Source of the DNA: a virus
Lineage: Duplodnaviria > Caudoviricetes
Length of the DNA: 64,000 nt
Reading direction: 5' to 3' (one strand)
IMG/VR virus record: IMGVR_UViG_3300033513_000001
Location: 1-64,000 of that record
Shown here: positions 1 to 8,800 of the stretch, in pieces
How the letters are laid out: each line of letters begins with the position of its first letter
Position numbering within the stretch: the stretch's first letter is position 1
Position numbers and translations under genes: made by a program
The notes under the pieces: model-generated
Told to the model about the DNA's origin: nothing
The model's input: the letters and a program-made list of their open reading frames with translations, nothing else
Database searches by the model: none

Positions 1-12
1 TGAAGTCTACTT

Positions 13-2004
13 TCATTGTTCGTCCTCTCCAATCTTGATGACTTTCACCTCGTCGCCTGATTTTAGTACAATCATGTTCTCTGGTACGCTAGGCGACAGA
101 GTAACAAGCGCACCGTCTGTTCTCCTTATTCCCACTACACACCCAAAGTAGGGCGATGTGTACAAGCCGTCATTGCCTTCACCCCCTCCAACAAAGAACA
201 AATCGCTTGACGCTTTGCATGGTCGCGCTCCCATCCATTCGTACTTTTGCTCACTCCAAAAGGCGCAGTCCCTACAGTGAATCATTGTCTTTTCCTCCAA
301 TCTTCACATCCATACATCCCTTGCAAAACAACGTTGCCTCCCATCCATCATCGTCCCCGCCCGACAGGAGCACCCCAACGACCATCCCGTTGCTTGCGTA
401 CACGGCTTTGACCGCCGTCACTAGGCGGCGCAGAAGTTTCACGAGGTCTTTGCACTCGGAGTAGTAGTGGTCAACTTGATAGAGGTTGGCGAAGGTGCGG
501 GGCAAGACGTTCGTCGGTGTCACTCTACTCCCTCGCACTCTCTACAGATGTCATTTGGTCTGCCTCCCTTGTACGAACTGAACTCGCTTCGTTTCTTTTC
601 CTTGTGGCACTTGAGGCAGTACCAACGCCCACGACGAACCTTAGGAATACGGGGAAATCGGTCAAGAAATTCTCGCATACTTGAGTCACGCAATATCCGA
701 ACAGGAATCTTCTTGCTCACAGCGCCCCCCTGACACAAAAACACACATCTCTCCCCCCTTCGGGTTTGGTGTGTGCTTTTGTTTGGGTTTTCCCCAACGT
801 CATTTGATTGCTCCTGATGATAACACAAAACAGTCAGTGTGTCAATGCCTTCGCCAGTTCAATGACTCGGCTCCACTGTTCATCGCTCAACCTCTCGCAC
901 TGTTCGGCAATCTCAAGCAGTTCCTTCATCTGGTGCGTTGGAACATACAGGTCGCGCAAGTTTGGAAGTTGAGAGAGCCTATCGTTGAGTTTCTTCATTG
1001 TATCACTGGAGTTTTCGTAATACCGTTCAGCGGCAAGATAGACTTTATCGTTGGCGGCGTCAAGGTCTTCAAGCAACTTGACCACATCATTGTTGATCTT
1101 GCCTATGACTCTTTCCAGTTCTTCTGTTGCCGACTTTTCTTCATCAGTAACGCTGGTGACAATGGAGCGTGGCAATTGCTCTATGGCCGCCGTGACACTC
1201 TTGACAATCTCGCCTAGTTCGTAGTAGGTGACTTGTCCGTCTTCAAAGATGTGTTTGATTTTCATTGGTCTTCATCCTATCATTACGCATGGGTCTTTGG
1301 TCTGCACCAGATACTCAACCCAAATTTCCGTTCGGCGCTCTTTGCTCAGGCCCATCTCGTCCCGCATGGCCTTGAGCAAGGCGACTTTCTTGCCTGTCCT
1401 GCTATGGAATCGGTCTTTGCGGGAACACTGCGCTTCGGCCACAAATTCTGGGCCGTCGTCGGGCGTAAGGAAGCAGGTCGTGATGCCCGTTCCCTTTGAC
1501 TGGCGGAAGTAGATTGAGTAATCCGTGTTCATAACATGAATCAACATTTCTTTTCTCCTATTCTTCGTAACTTTCTTCCCCGCGCAGCATCAAGTCTGCG
1601 CGTGGGTAACGGTGACTTTTCATGTGCGCCCGGTCGCCCTCGACGTTCAGCCTCTCGCAGCGAGGGCAAAAGACTTGGCGCTTGACTCGCGGCTCAAACC
1701 ACTGCTTGCAGTCTGGGCATTTCTTGTGACCCAGAGCGCGATGGCCTTTGGCGGTTAGGACTAGCCTTGCTTTCATGGAATAGCGATAGCCAGAGTCGCC
1801 CACGCGATAGCACATAGAAGCGACACGACTATCTTCTCCTGTTTGTGTGGCGAGTTGTCGTTCTTGAATATCATAACCAAGTCTGCCACAAAGATGTTGA
1901 ATATACTGAGTCCAATTGCAGCGTATTTGATTGTTTCCATGCTCAAATCCTACCACAAGTCGCCCTGATTGGCTAGTGATGAATGTCACTTCAAGATAGG
2001 ACAA
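13..2004 (-). CDS. Cluster of six short leftward phage hypothetical genes (13-300, 272-538, 520-828, 834-1265, 1272-1547, 1558-2004)
   Basis: Abutting or overlapping minus-strand ORFs. CxxC pairs occur in 13-300, 520-828 (CLKC/CREC) and 1558-2004 (CPDC/CPRC); 834-1265 looks coiled-coil. No family recognised. Confidence 0.6.
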
Positions 2005-2040
2005 ATGTCACTTGACCTTTTGGCCGTAATCCTGTATTCT
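1976..2040 (+). promoter_or_regulatory. Two degenerate palindromic operator sites plus a sigma70-type promoter at the divergence point
   Basis: GTGATGAATGTCAC at 1976-1989 and AGGACAAATGTCAC at 1998-2011, then TTGACC(2012-2017)-N17-TATTCT(2035-2040). Confidence 0.65.
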
Positions 2041-2060
2041 ATAGGCAAGGCTTTGAGGTT

Positions 2061-2810
2061 TTGCGTAAGCATGAGCTGGCCTCTGGAGGGGAACGCCGAG
2101 AGAGGACGCCGCGAAAATCGGCAAAGCCTGACTTGGAGAGAATAATGAAGAACAAGAATCAAGAAATCCGCACTCTCAAAGCCGCTCTGAGAGCCACTTG
2201 CAAAGCGGCGACTCAGTTACAGAGGGAGAACGAGGTGCTGAAAGCCGAAGTCAAACTTCTGAAACTCATCACGCTTGCCGACATTGAGATTATCGGGGAG
2301 GCGGTGAAGAGGAATCGTGGCTGACCAGTGGCTAGGTAGGCGCAACTTTGGAAATCACTTCATTGATGTGCGAACATCGCTAACAATGGGCAATGTTCCG
2401 AAGGTGACTGCCGAGATGATTGCCCATGACTTCTGCTGTGACCAGATGGCGCTACTGGCAGACGATGGATTCTTTGTGTTCCACACGAGCGGCAAGGCGG
2501 GAGTCATGCGATTCGGTTATGAGCCTGAAACGAGCGAGGAACATGAGATTCGCTTCTGCCCGTTCTGTGGAAAGGCATTGTCGTGATTGTCAAATACTAC
2601 ATGAACAGCACCGTCCTCGCCAAATTGAAGCAAGACGTTGGCGACGGGCAGTTTGGGCCGATGTCAAAGATTGTCGTGGATGAGGCGCTGACTGATGACC
2701 AGTACGTGATAGAGTTGGGCAGTGGCACAAAAAGGACAATGAACGTTCCAACGAGTCCTTCTCTTGAGAAAGTTATAGATAATTTGGATTTTGTCTTGAG
2801 GTTTGTCTGA
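2061..2810 (+). CDS. Three small hypothetical genes (2061-2324, 2317-2586, 2583-2810)
   Basis: Overlapping stop/start chain downstream of the 2012-2040 promoter. The 2317-2586 product ends in CPFC. Confidence 0.55.
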
Positions 2811-2837
2811 CAGATAGAATCATCTCCCTACCCTACC

Positions 2838-2871
2838 GACTGGCTACATAACTGTGTAGCCAGTCTTTTTT
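2838..2871 (+). terminator. Rho-independent terminator
   Basis: Perfect 11-bp stem GACTGGCTACA/TGTAGCCAGTC with a 6-nt loop, followed by TTTTTT. Confidence 0.85.
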
Positions 2872-2875
2872 ATTA

Positions 2876-2904
2876 TTGACACCGCGCAAATTCTGTGGTA
2901 TCCT
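2876..2904 (+). promoter_or_regulatory. Sigma70-type promoter of the terminase genes
   Basis: TTGACA(2876-2881)-N17-TATCCT(2899-2904), just upstream of ATG 2911. Confidence 0.65.
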
Positions 2905-2910
2905 CTATTC

Positions 2911-3405
2911 ATGCCGAACCCACACCCCACTGATGGAACCGCAAATCTAAAAGACTTCCAAGAGGGCGAGGACAAACGCCGCACCCTCAAAGGACGCAAA
3001 CCGCGTTACGAAATCGCCAAAATCATTGAGGAACGCGGAGCGCGTCTAAAGGACGATGACCCCGAAGGGCGTACTATCGCGGAAGCCGCTGTTGACGCTA
3101 TGTGGGAAAAGGCCCAAGTGGGCGATGGCACGGCGGTCAAGGCATTTGCAGAGTTAGCCAAGTATGGTTGGGGTACGCCAGAAGTCAAGGACGTTCGGCA
3201 AGTCCTGTTGATGATTGTGGCTGGCGCTCAACAAAGGGGCTTGAATCCAAGCGATGACCCAGTTCTCGGAGCAATCTTCGCCGCAGCAGATTATAGAGTT
3301 CCTAAGCTCGCTTCGCCCAGACCAAATGAGCGAGATAGTTCAAGCGAGATTCAAGCAACTCGATCAGGCGAAACAGACATCGTGGACGCCGAAGCAGTTT
3401 CCTGA
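2911..3405 (+). CDS. terS: Terminase small subunit (probable)
   Basis: Directly upstream of TerL. N-terminal 'F.EG...GRKP' and 'A.GD..A.K.(L)...G' patterns typical of DUF5681-like small terminases. Confidence 0.65.
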   Translation: MPNPHPTDGTANLKDFQEGEDKRRTLKGRKPRYEIAKIIEERGARLKDDDPEGRTIAEAAVDAMWEKAQVGDGTAVKAFAELAKYGWGTPEVKDVRQVLLMIVAGAQQRGLNPSDDPVLGAIFAAADYRVPKLASPRPNERDSSSEIQATRSGETDIVDAEAVS

Positions 3406-4879
3406 CAACTCTGTCGTAACAGAGGAAGGGGAAATTCTGCCGTTCAATCCCGCTCAGAAGGCAACCTATGAGGCTGACACACGCATGGTTGCTCTTATCT
3501 CAGGCCCGCAACTTGGCAAGACCTGCCTGTCACCGATTTGGATGTGGCGCGAGATTCAGCGGCTTGGCAGAGGGACATATCTTGCTGTGTCCAACGACAT
3601 GGATATGTTCAAGCTCAAGATGTTGCCTGTTTACATCCGATTGTTTGTTGAGCATCTTGATGTGGCCCGCTATTGGGCATCCGACAAGCTCCTAGAGATT
3701 CGCAATCCCCACACAGGCGAATTTGAAGCCCAACACTCTCAAGACAAGATGTATGCCCGCATCATCCTGCGTTCTGCTGATGACAAGGGCGGCATGGAAT
3801 CGTCCACCGCTCAGGCTGTTCACATGGACGAGGCGGGGCAAGAAAACTATGACCTAGAACTGTGGAAGGCGACTAGGCGCAGGATTGCCGTCAAGCGCGG
3901 CAGAGTCCTCATCACAACCACTCTCTATGGCCTTTCCGCTTGGTTGCAAAACACAATCATCAACCCTGCGGAACTTGGCGGGGAGCAACAGCTTTTTTCC
4001 TTTGAGAAGGGCGAGATGATTATTACTCGCAATGAGGCTTCGGGTATTACTCTCGTTCAGGCTGACTCCACCCTCAACCCAAGTTTCGAGGTTGAAGAGT
4101 TTGAGGAAAACCGCGCCTCAATGCCTGATGATGAATTTCAGATGATGTATCGTGGCCGCGTGACTACTCCCCGCGACCTCATCTACGATTGCTTCGGCCT
4201 CAAGAATCTGTGTGGTCGCTTTGACCCGCCTCCTCACTGGCAAAGGGTCTGGGGCATTGACTTTGGCGGCGTCAATCTGGCGTGCGTCAAGATGGCGCGT
4301 AACCCCGAAACGGGCGTCTATTACCTCTATGGCGAGTATCACGCGGGCGGAAGGTCTGCGTTGGAGCACGTCGCAGAGTTGATGCGGGGCGAGAGCAACC
4401 GTAGTGTCATGTGCTTCGGCGGGGCACGAGCCGAGGAAAGTTGGCGCAACGAGTTCGCTGCCGCTGGCTTGGTCGTCATCAAGCCGCCGTTTGATGACCT
4501 GTGGCTTGGCATCCAGCGGGTCTACGCGCTGTTGAAAAAGGGCGAGTTGGTGATTTTCAATGACTTGCCTGGAACCCTCAAGCAGTTGAAAGGCTATCGG
4601 CGCAAGAGGGACAGGTCAACGGGAGAGAGTTTGATGGAAGTCGAGAAGAAGGCGACGGCGCACTACTTGGACAGCCTTCGTTATGTCACAGTCGGAATGT
4701 CGGAAGTGGCAAGCCCAGACTCTTGGTTGTCTTCGGAAATGAAGGCTCTCGGACTCATCAAGGAGAGCGAGGAAAACAAGCCGCCCGTTCCATCCAATGC
4801 AGAGTTATTTGCAAGACTACAGTCTGGGAAATTAGGTGTTGACAATATTTCAGGTAGGGCTTATAATATTCTCAAGTGA
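3254..4879 (+). CDS. terL: Terminase large subunit
   Basis: Walker A GPQLGKT, Walker B VHMDEAG, coupling motif LITTT, RuvC-like GIDFGG and C-terminal HYLDSLRY. The start could be 3254 or 3326. Confidence 0.9.
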   Translation: MTQFSEQSSPQQIIEFLSSLRPDQMSEIVQARFKQLDQAKQTSWTPKQFPDNSVVTEEGEILPFNPAQKATYEADTRMVALISGPQLGKTCLSPIWMWREIQRLGRGTYLAVSNDMDMFKLKMLPVYIRLFVEHLDVARYWASDKLLEIRNPHTGEFEAQHSQDKMYARIILRSADDKGGMESSTAQAVHMDEAGQENYDLELWKATRRRIAVKRGRVLITTTLYGLSAWLQNTIINPAELGGEQQLFSFEKGEMIITRNEASGITLVQADSTLNPSFEVEEFEENRASMPDDEFQMMYRGRVTTPRDLIYDCFGLKNLCGRFDPPPHWQRVWGIDFGGVNLACVKMARNPETGVYYLYGEYHAGGRSALEHVAELMRGESNRSVMCFGGARAEESWRNEFAAAGLVVIKPPFDDLWLGIQRVYALLKKGELVIFNDLPGTLKQLKGYRRKRDRSTGESLMEVEKKATAHYLDSLRYVTVGMSEVASPDSWLSSEMKALGLIKESEENKPPVPSNAELFARLQSGKLGVDNISGRAYNILK

Positions 4880-4890
4880 CATTTGTCACT
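4839..4890 (+). promoter_or_regulatory. Perfect consensus promoter followed by a palindromic operator
   Basis: TTGACA(4839-4844)-N17-TATAAT(4862-4867) inside the 3' end of terL, then AGTGACATTTGTCACT at 4875-4890. Confidence 0.8.
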
Positions 4891-5095
4891 TGACAGGAAG
4901 GGGGCGAAGTGGACATTTCGGACACCGCGTTGTTGTCGGAGCAATTTTTCTCCAGATTGCCTAAGCAATACAACTGGCGTCCCAAGCCCGACATCACCGT
5001 CTATGAATTGGCGTTAGCCGTTCCCGTCCTGTTGCTTCGGCTCTATGACATAGAGACGGCGGTCAAGAGCCTTCCAGAATCGGTACAGCGCCACT

Positions 5096-5353
5096 TTGAG
5101 GAAGCTGTCTAGGAGGTCAATCGTGAGTTTCTTGGAATTTCTCAAGTTCTTCTTCTCGGACGCCTCGCGTGTAACTGCCTTCGTCGGTCTGCTGGTCAAC
5201 ATCGCTATTTGGGTAGGCGCTCGGTACTTCCCCAACCTTCCCGTTGACATCATCAAGGCCATTGGCGCATTCGTTGAGATGGCGCTGATTGCGTGGGCAG
5301 GCTATAGTTCTGGCGTGAAGGTTGAGCGGGCGAGGTCATTGAGAGTCAAGTGA
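5096..5353 (+). CDS. Small two-TM membrane protein (holin-like)
   Basis: Two hydrophobic segments and a basic C-terminus in 85 aa. Confidence 0.5.
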   Translation: MRKLSRRSIVSFLEFLKFFFSDASRVTAFVGLLVNIAIWVGARYFPNLPVDIIKAIGAFVEMALIAWAGYSSGVKVERARSLRVK

Positions 5354-5375
5354 CACGGCCCGTTTCGTTTTTTGT

Positions 5376-5450
5376 GGCGCGGCCCGGTCTGGCAGGGCAG
5401 GGCTTTGTCAGGCAGTGCAAGGCATGGTCGGGCGAGGCATGGCAAGGAAC
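5376..5450 (+). repeat. Pentamer array A: 15 phased xGY-NN units (putative guide ncRNA)
   Basis: ggcgc ggccc ggtct ggcag ggcag ggctt tgtca ggcag tgcaa ggcat ggtcg ggcga ggcat ggcaa ggaac; intergenic. Confidence 0.85.
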
Positions 5451-5472
5451 ACTTTTTCAGTAGGGGGCAAAG

Positions 5473-5646
5473 TTGAACGAAAGAGAGTTCCTAGTAGAAT
5501 TTAGGCAAATCGTTCTGCATCTTGCGGACTTGATTGAACGCAAGTTAGATATGCGTCCGAGAACATCGGAACTCAGGCGCGAATGGAAAGAGCGCCATAA
5601 AAAGGAAAGCCAAGATGGACTTCAGCAAGTGCAGAACGGACAATGA
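5473..5646 (+). CDS. 57-aa hypothetical protein (not in the ORF track)
   Basis: GGGGGCAAAG RBS-like element then TTG; reads LNEREFLVEFRQIVLHLADLIERKLDMRP...NGQ-stop and overlaps the next start. Confidence 0.55.
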   Translation: MNEREFLVEFRQIVLHLADLIERKLDMRPRTSELRREWKERHKKESQDGLQQVQNGQ

Positions 5647-6013
5647 GTGGTGGGAACTTTACAACAGGTATCTTCAAACTAATGAGTGGCGACAGAGGCG
5701 AGAAGAAAGACTCGCCATTGATGGGCGCAAGTGTGTTGTGTGTTCAAGTGGCGAGGATTTGGAAACGCATCATCGCCACTACAAAACGGTTGGAAACGAG
5801 AATGCCTTGACTGACTTGGTGACTTTGTGCAAAAGACACCATGAGGCAATCACAAATTCTGACCGAGAGAATCGTTACCAACGGCGAAAGCCGATTCTTG
5901 TAGACGTTGTGTCTACGTTCACCCGAAAGGAGTCTAGTCATGTCGTACCAGAGTTTGTCGTTCAAGATTGTCGGCGTTGCACCCCTCATTATGCACAATG
6001 GGCAGACGGCTGA
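5615..6013 (+). CDS. HNH endonuclease (paralogue 1)
   Basis: CVVC...ETHHRHY..VGNE...DLVTLCKRHH: zinc-binding HNH signature. Confidence 0.85.
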   Translation: MDFSKCRTDNEWWELYNRYLQTNEWRQRREERLAIDGRKCVVCSSGEDLETHHRHYKTVGNENALTDLVTLCKRHHEAITNSDRENRYQRRKPILVDVVSTFTRKESSHVVPEFVVQDCRRCTPHYAQWADG

Positions 6014-6512
6014 CCCACTCAACCATTTCGCAAAAGAGATGAAGAAAATCACCTCTAAGCGAATGAAAACCGATGCTGACTTAGAGCAACTTGCAAAGAT
6101 TGAGTGGTATGCGTCCCTGTACACTAACAACGGAAAACCATGTATTCCGTCTGAGGTGATTGAGTCCTGTTTCACCGAGGCGGCAAAAAAGACCAAGAGC
6201 GGCAAGAAAGCTCTTATCGGCTTCTATTGTCCGGCGCACTCGGAGCTTATCTATGATGGCCCAAGTGACCCAGAGGAAATGTGGAAAAGTGACAAATTCC
6301 GCTTCACCACTGCGGTCAGGCTGAACGGTAGAACAAAGGTCATGCGAACGCGATGTCGCTTTGAGCAGTGGGGCGCGACCATCGCTGTGATGTTTGACCC
6401 TAGCACATTCAATGAGCCAGAAATCTTTGACATTCTGAAAACGGCAGGCGAGGTCATTGGCCTGTGTGATTGGAGGCCGAAGTTCGGAAGGTTTCAGGTT
6501 TCAATTGAATAG
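5940..6512 (+). CDS. Standalone RAMP/Cas7-like RNA-binding protein (Vipr-like)
   Basis: AAGGAG RBS and ATG 5940. N-terminal beta-strand 'FKIVGVAPLIMHN', 'CIPSEVIESCFTEAAK' helix and C-terminal Gly-rich loop 'AGEVIGLCDWRPKFGRFQV', matching the RAMP pattern. Flanked by pentamer arrays. Confidence 0.75.
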   Translation: MSYQSLSFKIVGVAPLIMHNGQTADPLNHFAKEMKKITSKRMKTDADLEQLAKIEWYASLYTNNGKPCIPSEVIESCFTEAAKKTKSGKKALIGFYCPAHSELIYDGPSDPEEMWKSDKFRFTTAVRLNGRTKVMRTRCRFEQWGATIAVMFDPSTFNEPEIFDILKTAGEVIGLCDWRPKFGRFQVSIE

Positions 6513-6520
6513 AATCGCGG

Positions 6521-6595
6521 GGCGAGGCGCGGCGCTGTCGGGATAGGCATGGTCGGGCAGGGCGTGGCTTGGTGGGGTGAGGTAGGGCGTGGATT
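6521..6595 (+). repeat. Pentamer array B: 15 phased xGY-NN units
   Basis: ggcga ggcgc ggcgc tgtcg ggata ggcat ggtcg ggcag ggcgt ggctt ggtgg ggtga ggtag ggcgt ggatt; begins 9 nt after the RAMP-like stop codon. Confidence 0.85.
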
Positions 6596-6622
6596 AGGAA
6601 TCATTCTTGATTCACTCAATTT

Positions 6623-6772
6623 GGTTTGGCGGTGCTAGGCTGGGCATGGTGCGGCAAGGTGTTGCTGAGTCTGGCAGGGTTGGGTTGGGCGCAGTTGCGT
6701 GCGGTCTGGCGAGGCGTGGCGCAGCGAGGCGTGGTCAGGGTTGGCAAGGCGGGGTCAGGCATGGCATGGGTT
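6623..6772 (+). repeat. Pentamer array C: 30 phased xGY-NN units
   Basis: Unbroken 5-nt register from ggttt(6623) to gggtt(6768-6772); G at position 2 in all 30 units. Separated from array B by a 27-nt AT-rich linker. Confidence 0.85.
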
Positions 6773-6795
6773 TACTCAAGTTGAACAGTAGGACG

Positions 6796-7104
6796 ATGAT
6801 TGTTACTCGCCAGTTTCTAAATAGCCTTCTGCGGGGCGCGACGTTTGACTTTTCCAAATGTCGCACGAACGACGAGTGGTGGCGGCTCTATCGGCTCTAC
6901 CTGCAAAGCCCGCAGTGGCGAAGGAAGCGGGAGGCGCGGCTCATTCTTGACAGACATCGGTGCGTGAAGTGCAACGCGATGAGGCGGCTGGAAGTCCATC
7001 ACTTGAGTTACCGCAACGTTGGGAACGAGCCGATGGATGACTTGCGGACGCTGTGCAAGGACTGTCACGACGGAGTGACGGAGAAAAGTAGGGGGCATAA
7101 GTGA
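6796..7104 (+). CDS. HNH endonuclease (paralogue 2)
   Basis: DFSKCRTNDEWW...CVKC...EVHHLSY.NVGNE..DDLRTLCKDCH. Likely start is ATG 6796; the longer ORF-track N-terminus is just array C translated. Confidence 0.85.
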   Translation: MIVTRQFLNSLLRGATFDFSKCRTNDEWWRLYRLYLQSPQWRRKREARLILDRHRCVKCNAMRRLEVHHLSYRNVGNEPMDDLRTLCKDCHDGVTEKSRGHK

Positions 7105-7491
7105 CACCAGAACAAGAATACCGTGAGGCGCTAATCCGCATCTCTACATTGATTCCATTGCTTGAGGACACCTTGCACGATATGGAGCACAACCCACTTG
7201 TCAAGTTGTCCTATGCGATTGTGGCAAAAATGGGATTAGCGATTCCAGATTCTATCTATTCGCTAGGGTGCAAGTCGAATGACCAAGTGTGACTACTGCC
7301 AATCACGCAACGATGACAAGCAAGAATTGTGTAGGCATTGCGGTGCGCCGTTGCCTCTGGTCATTCCGCGAGTTGACGACAACTTTGAGCGCAACAGCGG
7401 GAAGTTGTATTTAGCGCCAGAGTCAACATGGATAGCGTCAACGTGTAGCACTAGACCGTCCGCCACATCATTCGCCATTTACTTGACTTAG
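7101..7491 (+). CDS. Two small hypothetical genes (7101-7292; 7279-7491 zinc ribbon)
   Basis: Overlapping chain; CDYC...CRHCGAPL in the second. Confidence 0.5.
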
Positions 7492-7497
7492 GGGGCA

Positions 7498-8328
7498 TTG
7501 GGATTGTTTTCTCTCAGGAGTTTCTTTCCCGATGTTTCAATCCGAATCTGTGACATCGGCGCATCGCCCCATGAGGGCAACCTGATACCCTACGGCAAAC
7601 TGGTTGAGGACGGCGTTGCAACCGTCATCGGCTTCGAGCCGTTGCCAGAGGAATGCCGCAAGTTCAATGAGGCCAACCCGAAACTCAAGTGCCTGCCCTA
7701 CGCCGTTGGCGACGGGAAAGAGGCAACGCTCCACAAGTTCTTCGCGCCAGGGATGGCAAGTCTTTTACAACCGAATAGGGAACTTCTGTCCTACTTCGTC
7801 GGCTTTGATGACTGGCTTGAGCCAAGAGGCGAGGCGCGAGTCCAGACACATCGTTTAGATGACCTAGAAGAAGTCGGCGCGGTGGACTACTTGAAACTGG
7901 ACACTCAGGGAAGCGAGTTGACCATCCTGCAAAACGCCGAGAAGGTCTTGCGCGATGTCCTGATTATCCACACCGAAGTCCAGTTCTTGCCGATGTACTT
8001 GGGCCAACCGCTGTTCGGTGACATTGACTCGTTCCTGCGGAGCGCGGGATTTGTCCTGCACGTCTTTGGGATGAAGAATTTTAGGTTTGTCGCCTTGCCC
8101 GATGCTCTATCGAGGCACGCGGCTGAGGCCGATGCGGTTTACGTCAAGGACTTTACCAAATGGGACGCGATGCAGATTGAGAGCCTGAAAAAGACGGCGC
8201 TGGTCTTGCACGACTTGTACAGTTCCTACGCGCTGACGACTCTGGCGCTCAAGTGCATTGACGACAAAATCAACACCAAGTTCCGACAGAGGTATATTGC
8301 GCTTTTGGAGAAGGGGGCAAAGAGGTGA
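7498..8328 (+). CDS. FkbM-family SAM methyltransferase
   Basis: ICDIGAS, VIGFEP, RLDDL..V..VDYLKLDTQGSELTIL, IHTEV motifs. Confidence 0.85.
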   Translation: MGLFSLRSFFPDVSIRICDIGASPHEGNLIPYGKLVEDGVATVIGFEPLPEECRKFNEANPKLKCLPYAVGDGKEATLHKFFAPGMASLLQPNRELLSYFVGFDDWLEPRGEARVQTHRLDDLEEVGAVDYLKLDTQGSELTILQNAEKVLRDVLIIHTEVQFLPMYLGQPLFGDIDSFLRSAGFVLHVFGMKNFRFVALPDALSRHAAEADAVYVKDFTKWDAMQIESLKKTALVLHDLYSSYALTTLALKCIDDKINTKFRQRYIALLEKGAKR

Positions 8329-8800
8329 ACTGGCTTAGTTATCAATGGAATCGCATTGGATGGCGGTTCTTTGAGTCTAGAGTTCCAAAGCCTTTCCCGC
8401 TCAACAAATGGGTCAGATACGGATGGGCAGAGTGGCACTATCGGACTTCTGACATTCTGGCCCATATCCATTGGGATAGGTTCACAAAGAAGTGGCGAGC
8501 GCAGTCACTCAATTGCAATGTAAATAGTGCCAACTTCGGGCATCGTGTTGATGCTAGTCGGCATGACACCAAGCAAGAGGCAATGTTGCACTGCGAGAAA
8601 TTGAAGTTGGAGGCAACCAAGTGAGCCTTGTGACTGGCGCTTCGGTCATTTACGCCATTGCTTTTCTGATTGTCATTTTTCTGTATCTAGTCCTTGATGT
8701 TGTTCTAGTAATCGGAATAGTGAAAATTGAGCGCGAGCGGCGGAAGATAGAGAAAATCACGGTTCGCATGAGGAGCGAACTAAAGGGGGCAACCAAGTGA
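8325..8800 (+). CDS. Hypothetical protein (8325-8624) and single-TM protein (8621-8800)
   Basis: GTGA overlaps; long hydrophobic run in 8621-8800. Confidence 0.5.

Noticed and set aside
5376-6772. Pentamer tracts as simple microsatellites or G-quadruplex runs
   Set aside because: Positions 4-5 are almost never repeated between neighbours, unlike slippage-born repeats. G4 potential is not excluded but does not explain the strict phase or the link to a RAMP-like gene.
6607-6795. G/R-rich N-terminal extension of HNH paralogue 2
   Set aside because: It is pentamer array C read in frame. A 5-nt period is not codon-compatible, and a better start is at 6796.
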